A DNA stretch of 64,000 bases from a virus. The DNA is taken from positions 77,604-141,603 of IMG/VR virus record IMGVR_UViG_3300010354_000046. One strand, written 5' to 3'. Both the position numbers and the translations under genes were made by a program. The number at the start of each line of letters is the position of its first letter. The first letter of the stretch is position 1. This document shows positions 19,415 to 29,100 of this stretch, piece after piece. The notes beneath the pieces are model-generated. The model did not search any database, had not been told where the DNA came from, and saw only the letters and a program-made list of their open reading frames with translations.

Positions 19415-19910
19415 TAAATTTGTACCCGATTGGCTACACCGCCGGGCGCATGAACAGTTACTAAGCCCGTATGTAGATTGGCACTTTCCTGGAAACGGGG
19501 GCTATTACGGTGACATCGATAAAGCATGTTTTGCTAAATTGTTGTTTGATGAAGAGCGAAATTATTCAGATTTTTCAGGAGTTGATTCTTTAGTTTATGT
19601 GCTAGAATCTTGGTTAGATCAAAATAAAAGTTGGTTTAAATTTGAAAGATTGAACCGTTGTATATTAAATTTTTATACACCGGGTATGACTATCGGATGG
19701 CATACAGATCACTCTAATTCTAGGTACCATACATTAATTTATTATGTAAATGACAGCGACGGAGGAACTGAGTTCGAGACTGTCAAAGTCCCACATAGAG
19801 AAAATTCCGGTGTTATATTAAAATCAAAGGACTCACATAAAAATATGGAGTCCTCTGTTCCGCGACGCATAAGTGTCGCATGGATTTTAGTCGGCGATAT
19901 TATGGATTAG
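19398..19910 (+). CDS. 2OG-Fe(II) oxygenase (HxD type), paralogue of 17715..18230
   Basis: WHTD, IYYVNDSDGGTEF and RRISVAW. Confidence 0.8.
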   Translation: MIKTFNKFVPDWLHRRAHEQLLSPYVDWHFPGNGGYYGDIDKACFAKLLFDEERNYSDFSGVDSLVYVLESWLDQNKSWFKFERLNRCILNFYTPGMTIGWHTDHSNSRYHTLIYYVNDSDGGTEFETVKVPHRENSGVILKSKDSHKNMESSVPRRISVAWILVGDIMD

Positions 19911-20427
19911 TAGCTTTGCCCCACTTGTCCTCAGGATTCCAAGGTGCTTTGGGCCAAGGTACTCCAAGATGGCTTTTAAGTTTTGTCAAATCAATATTAT
20001 CTGTCATATCTCTTAGAGCCTGTCGATAATCGGCCCATGCTTGCTTATCTTCTGGACTCAGTGGACTATCAGGCATTTGTGTCCAATCACTCGTAACAAA
20101 TTTATGTAATCGTTGTCCGTGTATCCATCGGCGATATTTTTCTCCCGGGCTAATTTCTGTAAATACCCAAGTTTGTTCAATACTACCATCAGGATTTTTT
20201 ACAATTTCTCCCGGAGCAACTTCTTCCCATTCTTCTACTATCGGAGGATAGGCGTTTTTAATTTCGACAATACTTTGAGAAGCCAGTAACCCAGGAGTTA
20301 ACTCGTTGAAAGTCAACACCCTGGTTTGAGGATCTTCAATAGCAAATAAATGTCTTACATTTTCTTCGATTAAGGGAGGGCCCGATGGCAACCCGTCTTC
20401 GTCAATGTACGTGTAAAGTTTCTGCAT
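19900..20427 (-). CDS. Tail fibre assembly chaperone-like protein
   Basis: C-terminal SDWTQMPDSPL...WADYRQALRDM...WPKAP motif; directly downstream of the fibre gene. Confidence 0.8.
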   Translation of the reverse strand: MQKLYTYIDEDGLPSGPPLIEENVRHLFAIEDPQTRVLTFNELTPGLLASQSIVEIKNAYPPIVEEWEEVAPGEIVKNPDGSIEQTWVFTEISPGEKYRRWIHGQRLHKFVTSDWTQMPDSPLSPEDKQAWADYRQALRDMTDNIDLTKLKSHLGVPWPKAPWNPEDKWGKATNP

Positions 20428-20458
20428 TCATAACTCCATTATACGTTATATTTAAAAA

Positions 20459-22783
20459 TTAACCCGATGAATTAGGGTAAGTTCTGGTTGCTGGCCATAC
20501 AATTCGAACGGCGCCTTTGCCGCCCCAACCTCCTCCGTGTGATGTGCCACCGCCGCCACCACCGCCACCATAGAAGCCACCGCAATTATAACCATGGCCG
20601 TTACCGTTAGCCCATGGCTCGCCTGCAAGTCCGCATGTTCCGTTAGATCCAAACTGGCCGCCAGTTCCTGTAGAATGCCCGTTAAACGGACTGCCGCAAG
20701 CACCGTTATTACCTTGAGCACAAATGCCAGTGCCACCGCCACCACCAGTTCCATAAGTTGAACTATGATGTGAGCCAGCTGATCCGCCACCGCCGTAGCA
20801 TCCAGTGTGGCCAGAGTTACTATACCAGCACTGATTTGGACCGTAGCCACCACCGCCACCACCGCCACCAGCGGTGTTAGGGAATGTAATAGTTCCTGGC
20901 CCGCCTGGCCCGCCATTACAGCCACAACCGGTACAGCAACCGCAATGTCCGCCGCCACCAATAATACCTGGGAAGCATGAATATCCGCCAGCTGATTGAC
21001 TCCAGCAGCCGCCGTTACCAACTTGAACGGTATAGCTTGAGCCGCTGCTAACAGAAATACTATTTTGATATGTTAATCCGCCGCCGCCGCCGCCACAAAC
21101 AGCCCAGCCGTAATAGCCTCCACCGCCAGCACCAATAACAGCAACGTTAACAGAGTTAACACCAGCTGGAGCGGTCCATGTATATGATTGTGTACCACCG
21201 TTTTGGTTAGATTGGGCACCTTCATATAAGCTAGCACCTGGTGGAGGAGGGGCAATACTAAATGCTGAAATAACGCAAATACATTGGAAACACATACAGA
21301 ATCCGCAGCCGCAACTTAAACACTGGCAGCATAGCGCACTTTGTCCGCTAACTTGTAAGTAACCTAATGTACCATGGCTTGTTAAGCTAGAAGCTGTAAC
21401 GTTAGATGCTAGTGTACCGCCTTGGATACAGCAAGCAACTGTTGTGTTAGCACACACAGAACAGTTAACGTTAAAGTTACTTGGGTTCCAAACATAAGCA
21501 TCGCTTGAACTGTTTGCTCCCCATAACCATGTTGGTTGTCCAGACTGTCCGTTCCAGTGGAATGCTTGTGTTGTACTATCGTTATACAAGCGACCTGCTG
21601 TACATGCACATCCACCAATGTTCATACTTGCTGCTAAACCGCTAAAGTTAGTAGCAGTAAATGTTGGAGCAGCTCCGCTGTTGATGTTTTGTGGTAAGCT
21701 AATTGTAATATTACCAGTTGCTGCACTAACGCTAACTTGGTTAGTTGTACCAGCTAAACTTAGTACACCAGTATTTGTTAGTGTAACAGATCCACTTGGG
21801 CCACTAATTGTACCACCACCAGACATACCTGTGCCAGCACTGACTGTTACACTGGTTAACACACGATTGTTATTGTCAGTAACGTTGCTACTAAAGCTAC
21901 CAGTTGTTGCACTAATACCAGCACCAAAAGTTCCTGAGCTAGCAACGTTTAAGATGCCGCCTGCACGAATGTTTTCACTTACACCTAACCCACCAGTAAT
22001 TACTAACGAACCGGTAGAAGTACTTGAACTACCAATGTTTGCAGTAATATTAGACTGTGCATTAGCTTGAAATGTTGTAAAGTTACCTGCTGCTCTTGTA
22101 GTAGCACCAATACGCATATTATCAATATCGCCCGTGCCGCCAGAACTGATAGTAATTGCAGCACTACCTGTTGTAGTATGACTTTGGTTGTTTGCGCCAG
22201 TGTTAGCAACAATTGCACCAGTAAATGTAGCTGTACTGTTAGCGGCCAATGTTGTAAATGCACCAGTACCACGTGTAGTAGCACCAATGTTCACATTATC
22301 CATTGTACCAGTACCAGCAGATGTAATTGTAACACTACCGCCTGTTGATGGAGTAATTGTAACGTTTGAACCACTTGGGTTCATTGTGATTGGGCCACCG
22401 TTTGCAGTAAACCCGCCGTTCATGTTAACAGCACCACTAAATGTAGCACCAGTACGAGTAATATTTCCACCCTCGTTGTTTGTTACCATGTAATTAGTAC
22501 CATCAGATACTATTGTAAATGATGAGTTATGGGGAATTGTTTGCGATGTTGCGGATGTAAATCCGTTACCCATAATAACACCAGTTGGCGTTGTAATTGT
22601 ACAGTTGCCTCCTGTGTTATTATAAAATGTTTGTGACCAACCTTGAGAATATGCTGGTGTAACTACTGTTACAGCATATCCCGGTGTTCCGGTCATTGTT
22701 ATGATGCTACCATTGATTGCATATGTAAACGTGGTAGCACCGGTAACAGTTAAGTATAACGATACTGTATTATAACGTGCCAT
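20459..22783 (-). CDS. Tail fibre/adhesin with Cys-rich neck and glycine-rich tip
   Basis: Thr/Gly-rich beta repeats (DN..IGATTR..G.FTT, SSTSTGSLVITGGLGV); C-terminal WTAPAGV.SV.V..IGAGGGG...GGKGAVRIVW Gly-rich domain. Confidence 0.75.
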   Translation of the reverse strand: MARYNTVSLYLTVTGATTFTYAINGSIITMTGTPGYAVTVVTPAYSQGWSQTFYNNTGGNCTITTPTGVIMGNGFTSATSQTIPHNSSFTIVSDGTNYMVTNNEGGNITRTGATFSGAVNMNGGFTANGGPITMNPSGSNVTITPSTGGSVTITSAGTGTMDNVNIGATTRGTGAFTTLAANSTATFTGAIVANTGANNQSHTTTGSAAITISSGGTGDIDNMRIGATTRAAGNFTTFQANAQSNITANIGSSSTSTGSLVITGGLGVSENIRAGGILNVASSGTFGAGISATTGSFSSNVTDNNNRVLTSVTVSAGTGMSGGGTISGPSGSVTLTNTGVLSLAGTTNQVSVSAATGNITISLPQNINSGAAPTFTATNFSGLAASMNIGGCACTAGRLYNDSTTQAFHWNGQSGQPTWLWGANSSSDAYVWNPSNFNVNCSVCANTTVACCIQGGTLASNVTASSLTSHGTLGYLQVSGQSALCCQCLSCGCGFCMCFQCICVISAFSIAPPPPGASLYEGAQSNQNGGTQSYTWTAPAGVNSVNVAVIGAGGGGYYGWAVCGGGGGGLTYQNSISVSSGSSYTVQVGNGGCWSQSAGGYSCFPGIIGGGGHCGCCTGCGCNGGPGGPGTITFPNTAGGGGGGGGYGPNQCWYSNSGHTGCYGGGGSAGSHHSSTYGTGGGGGTGICAQGNNGACGSPFNGHSTGTGGQFGSNGTCGLAGEPWANGNGHGYNCGGFYGGGGGGGGTSHGGGWGGKGAVRIVWPATRTYPNSSG

Positions 22784-22798
22784 TTTTTATCCTAATCC

Positions 22799-23119
22799 TT
22801 ATGATGTTGAAGTTTCAATACCATAAACGGTGCAGCCAACGTTAGCTGCGCTTGAATATACTACAATATTTAGTCCAGCATTTAATACCAAACCTGTACG
22901 CTCAAATACACCAAGCGGAACAATAACTGTATCATACTCAATGTACTCTTGTGCATTAGGTGTTGCTGTTGTAGAAATTGCTAGTCGTATTGTACATGCG
23001 GTAGTATTTCTATTTGTTAATGAGACATTCAGTACAGTATAGTACCCTGTTGGTACTGTATAAACTGTAGTTAGCGTAGTTGCTGGAACCGCCGAAACGC
23101 CTAATCTTCCTGTTGCCAT
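22799..23119 (-). CDS. Small beta-rich virion structural protein
   Basis: GGAG RBS; TTVYTVP...SLTN...LVLNAG pattern shared with 41707..42057 and 50706..51038. Confidence 0.7.
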   Translation of the reverse strand: MATGRLGVSAVPATTLTTVYTVPTGYYTVLNVSLTNRNTTACTIRLAISTTATPNAQEYIEYDTVIVPLGVFERTGLVLNAGLNIVVYSSAANVGCTVYGIETSTS

Positions 23120-23136
23120 GTTTTATTTCTCCAATT

Positions 23137-26100
23137 TTATCTTGATAAAAAGAATCCAAGGGCAACGGGAGCTCCGTCAATGCCGCCTGTAAAATTCATT
23201 TTTGCTGTCACGTTTAATTGTCCGCCACTTGTAGTAGAAATCGTGTTATTAGCAATATACACGACACCTGCCGTTAGTGTATTTACGTTCAATTGGCTTA
23301 AACCGCCACCAATTTGGGCAGTAATGTAACTCTTAATTGCCCTCTGTGTTGGTAAAATATTATCACTATTTGCTGTAAAGTACGGATCTGTACTAAACTG
23401 TGTAATAGTTGCACTTCCAACACCTAAACTCAAACCACTTAACTGCAAGGATTGTAGTCCCGACAAGTTGAAAGCGTTAGCGTTCAATGTAGCTGTACCT
23501 GTTGCCTGCTGCACTCCAAACAAGTTACCAACGTTAAAGTTACCGTCTTGGTCAGTACTTGTAAAGAACACACGACCACCGTTAGTTGCCAATGTTTGCT
23601 TGTTAATATCAGCTAAACTTGGATCAACATATGGGTAATTGGTCCTTGCCTGGTTTCCAGTACCGATGTATAAGAAATCATGTCCAGTTAATCGAACCTG
23701 ACTATACTTAATTGTCATAGTCATACGGTTTAAATACCCCGGAGCATTATACACCGTTAAAGCTGGACTAATTTGGAACACCGCAGTATAATTTCCAGCT
23801 CCTGTAGGAGGCATAGAAAGAATATTACTAATTGTAACTAATTTATAGTATTCTCCAGGAATACTTGCAAACGAAACGTTCGAACCAGCTTTTGGAATGT
23901 CAAACAAGTTAGTAACTGCAATAAAGTTACTTGCTTGATAGAAATCCGCACGACCGTCACCTGTCAATAGTGCAGTTGCAGTAGTGTTCAATGTACCTCT
24001 GTTAGTAAATGTTGGGTTACCAAGAACACCATCGCCCATTCTTGCTCTAATAGGAGCAGCTACAGTATCATTAGGATCAATGATAGTTTGTATTGGAGCA
24101 GCCTTATATGCACCAGACAAACCTGTTGTAGTATTTAAAATAACAGAAGTTGCGCTACCAGGTGTTGCACTTACTTTAAATTGTGTACTGGTAATAGTTG
24201 AACCAATGACATAATAAGTTACATCAGTTGTTAAACCATAACTGTCTAAACCTGTAAATTCAACTGGTTGACTGTCTACAAGATTAGTTGTGTTATCAGT
24301 AGTAATTAAATTTGTAGTTGCAGTTGTGGCTGTGACACTACCGTATGGATATCCAGAACCAGGTTCAATCATTCGAATTTCTTGTATATTTCCAGATTGT
24401 GCTCTAATTCTTCCTAGTGCTTGGGCGCCAGTTCTCATTGAAGCTGCAATTTGTCCGCTATTAGAAGCTACCGCAACCCAAATAGGCTGGCTATTAGGAT
24501 TACCAAATGCAATACCTTGCCATTGACTTGAACTTGGCATAGCCCTTACAGTCCAGTTAATGCCGTCAGGGCTTGTAGCACATATATTTGTTCCTGTGGC
24601 AATTGCAAAGAACAGTCCTTGGCCGTAACTAACCCTAGTCCATGTTTGACTTGAACTTAACACGCTAGTAGCGGTTCCAGTTGCTGTACTAACAGCATAC
24701 CAATTTGCACCAAAATCTAAACTGTAGGCTACGCGGCCTGTCGCTGCAAGAGCAACAAATCGTCCGTTTCCGTAAGCAAGGCTAGTCCATGTAGTACTTG
24801 CAGGCAATGCTCCTCCAGCAGTCCAACTTGAACCGTTAGTACTATATGCTGTAGCAGTATTTCCTGTACTAATTGCAACAAAAGTTGAGCCGCCATATTC
24901 GACCGCACTATATGTGCCTGCGCCCAAAGTTGGAATTGTTCTAGAAACCCAGTTAGATATAACACTACCAGTACTTGCTGCGCTAGCTGTGCCGCCTACA
25001 GCAACGTATATGCCACCACCATATGCAGTATCTGCAAAAGTTGTAGCTGGTAATGTTCCTCCAGTTGTCCAGTTAGCACTAACCGCAGAGCTTCCTAGTA
25101 AGTATGCTGTGCTAGTTGTGCCTGGAATTATTGAAACAAATGCAGCAGTAGTGTCATTAATTGTTACTGTTGGTACACTAGTGTAACCTGAACCACCATC
25201 TGTAACATTAATTTGATATACTCCGTATGAACTAGTAGTTAGTACAGATATAGCTGTTGCTTGACTTGTAGCGCCGCCACCACTTAGTGTAACAGTTGGT
25301 GGAACTAAATATCCTCGCCCGTAAGTGTTAACTGTTATATAAGTAACTCTATCAGTTACAGCAGTAACAGTTGGTGCTGTTAGATATCCAGATCCGTAAC
25401 TGCCTCCATCAGCTGGCTCAACGCTGACACTGACAATTGCTCCATTTAGTACTGTAGCTACACCTACTGCATTAGATCCAGTAGCACTGGTAAACACAAT
25501 AGTCGGTGGGCTAGTGTATCCAAAACCACCATTGACAACAGTAATACTAGCTACTTGATCTGCACCTGCTGCACCGGTTGAGTTAGCTGTTCCTAGAACT
25601 GCTGTTAAAACTGCACCAGTACCTCCCAAACCACCTACTGTAGCAGTAGCAGTTGCACCTTGGCCGCCGCCGTATACTGGTTGAGTCCATGCGCCGCTGC
25701 TTGGCAGAGTTCCGCCTGCGGTCCATGTAGTACCGTTCGTGCTATACGATGTAGCTGTTCCATTAGCTAAAGCAATAAATCGATCTTTAGCGTAATATAC
25801 AGCACCCCAAGTTGTTGTAGCACTTAAAGTTCTTGCTGTAGCAGTATAACCTGGAGCAGTATAATTAATACGAGGTTCAATAATGTATGTTGTGGTTAAA
25901 TCTAAAGGAGTAACCAATGGAGTACCAGGAACAACATGATCCCACCCTGCTTCATACAATGTTACAGATCCAGTTGCTGTTGATAGAGTAGGAGATCCTC
26001 CACCTTGTGATGTTGATACTGTAAACTGAGTTGCACTACTAATTGCGGTGACATAGTAAAGTGTATTAGCAGTTAATCCACCAATAGCACCGTTAAGATA

Positions 26101-29100
26101 AATTTGTTGATTAACATATAATGTGCCAGTACTTGCAACAGTAATCAAGTTTGTAGTTACTGTTGTATTTGTAATGGTTAACGGAGTAAAGCTATCTTTA
26201 TAAACTTTAGCAACTTTAGAACCATTGCTATAATCTAAAATATTAGCGTATTGTCCGACACCAGAACCAGCAGTAATATGAACACGCATGCCAACATATG
26301 CAGTACTCAACGCAGTATCAGTTGCACTAATGGTAATTGTTGATAAATCACCGCCCTGTGCAGCATTAATAGCAGTTCCGTAATTCTGTCCGCCGTAGCC
26401 ATTGCCGTCATTTTTATCAATTAATCGTGTTTCATAAACAGCATCGTCTCTAAATTCGTCGCCAATTGAAACTACGTTAAATCCGCTGCCGCTAACTGCT
26501 ACGTCAACGTTGGAGTAAGACTGACCTGCATTTAAGTATTCAAATCGATAAACTTTATTAATACCGTCTGTAATAACATTCTGCACTAGTGCCTGTGCAG
26601 ATCTATTATCTAGATTTGCATATAAAGGAATTTCAGTACTATCGGTTCCTTCAGCAATAACACCGTATACACCATAAGAGCTATTGCCGTTAGTTGCTCG
26701 CATACGTCCGCCAAGTTCTGCCAAGTAACCTGAATAGCTGTAGTAACAGAATACTGAAACTAATTCAGTTAACGACTGAGAACCTGTACACCATACACCA
26801 ATTCCGTCTGAAAGAATTGTTGTATAGTCATTGGCAACAATAGATCTGTTGCCGCCTGCATGTATTGCGCCGTCAATCTTCATACCAGTACAGCCTGTTC
26901 CAAACAGAGACACGTTTTGGCAATAACAGCTTCTTTCTAATACCCAGGCTGCGCTATCGTTTGGTCCAAATCCTGGATCCAAGCTAGTATATGCGCCAGC
27001 AGTTGGTCGTTTAGTTCCGTAATCGTTTTCTTCTGTCAAATCACCGTTTAGTCCGTTAACTGTCATGTTACGAATACCGCAGGCGTTTCTTACATAGAAC
27101 ATGTCTGATAGTGCAGAACCCTCAACAGCATTTTTGTAAAGTCTTGCAGCACGTAATGATTTATAATTTCCTGTCCATTGTAAATCATATACAAGTGCTA
27201 ATACAAATTCTTTCATATCACGCTGGCAAGCAGTTGCATCAAACTTATAACGAACTGTTAGACTTGGACTTGCAACTGTGCTAAGAGTCACAGGAGTTCC
27301 TCCAAGTGTAGTTGCAACAGTAAAGGAAGAATTACTTGGAGTAGTTGCAACATAATATGTTGTTGCAATAGAAATGCCTCCTGCACTAACTCCAGTGAAT
27401 ATTACTGGATCATTGATAGATAAATTATGAGGAGCAGACATTGTTATAGCAGAAATACTAATACTAGCAATTGCGCCACCGTAATTTTCTGTTACATAAG
27501 CAGAAGCTTCTGCTGCTAAGAAATCTGCGTTAGCTCGAAGAATTTCTGCACCTTTAATAGTACTTAGAGTATTGTTGTATGTTACAGTACCGTAAGTTTC
27601 AACAACATCACTAATTCCTTGATCAACAATCTTAATAAATGCTGCCATTAATGCACGAGATTGTGCTTTTTGTGTTGGATAATTGACTAGAGATGTGGAA
27701 ATCAACGTTCTTAAATATCTAAAAGTAGCTACAGTTGCTCGCTTTTGCTCTCCGATTACTTTTGAAGCTTGTGCTCTGTAATAACTCATAGCTGCTTTTA
27801 CTGTTTGGAAATTACTTCCTAACATAAAGTCATAACCGATTGCATCAACAACATACCCTATATCTCTCAAACATGTGCTCGAGTTATAAACAAGTGTTGG
27901 ATAATTAGTTGAAATAAAAGAACTAATATTTCCTTTAATTGTTGTAAGAGTGCCGTTTAATATGGTAAACGCATTTACCGCTGTGGCACTTACTTGACTA
28001 AATGTAGGAACAATAGTTGTTTCTGCGGTAATAGTTAAACCAGTTCCGTTAGACAATGTTGTAATTGGTGTTCCTGCAAAACTAGTAGAAACAGTAAATG
28101 TAGTAGTCAACGGCGTACTTACAACATAGTATGTTGTACCAGATACTAATCCACTATTAGAAGTTTGAGGAACAATAATATCACCAACTTTAAGTCCGTG
28201 TGCTGAGCCAGTTGTTAATGTTGTGCCACCTGCAATAGTTGTAATTGTAACAGTTGGTACTCCTGTTGTATCGCCTAAATCAATGATATTGGTGATAATA
28301 TCAACAAGTACACCAAGTTGTGTTGCTGCGCCAGCTGATCCGTTTACTTGCAATACATCTTTACGAGTCTGTGCAACTGTTCCTTGATAAGGACTTGATG
28401 CGTATCCAGTTACTGAAACAGAATCAACTGCAATGGCCTGCACTAACGCTTTTAGATATGCGTATGCTGCAAGTGTTGCGGTTTTTTCGCTCGAATAAAC
28501 TTGTAATGTTCCAAAAGAGTAATATGCTTTTCCAGCCATTTTGCTAGCATATGTACCGCCGTATTTTAAATCATAGACTAATGCATCAATGATATAACCT
28601 ACATCTTCTGAACATTTAGCAGAGCTATATTCAAGAGCTGGATATGCAGAACTTAAATAAGCAATAATTTCAGATTTAATAAATTCTTTATTATCGTTAA
28701 TTAATGTCTCGGCGCCTGCAAATCCGCTGTTAATATTTGATGGATTTGGCCATACAAAGTCAACAACAGCACCGCCTTTAATATATTTTGTTACATCTGT
28801 TAAAATTTTCTGTGCTTGAACAGTAGCACCAGAAGATGCAATAGCCGATGCTTTGTATTTCATGAAATGGATTGCGCCAAGACATGCATCTTTTTGGCTT
28901 GAAATTACGTATTCGGCAGATGTTGTTGGTCTATAATAGGCCATACCAGCTTTAATTGCGTTAAAGTTGGTACCTAAAAGCATATCGTACCTAATTGCAT
29001 CAACTATTAAACCAGCATCTCTGTTTGATAGCGCAGTATCAAAAGAAACTTCTTGATAGAACTTTTTAATCCAAGCAGTTGCATCTGATTGGATTTCAGA

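Noticed and set aside
7079-19910. Host-derived small-molecule biosynthetic cluster (e.g. pyrrolnitrin) or assembly chimera
   Set aside because: No prnB/C/D, NRPS/PKS, transporter or regulator; the cassette overlaps phage genes at both ends and has similar AT-rich composition.
10790-19910. Non-haem iron halogenases among the oxygenases
   Set aside because: None has the HxA/HxG signature; they are HxH or HxD.
20452-21021. 189-aa same-strand alternative-frame ORF in the fibre tip (possible frameshifted alternative C-terminus)
   Set aside because: Val/Ala-rich by-product of GGN glycine codons; no RBS or slippery site seen.
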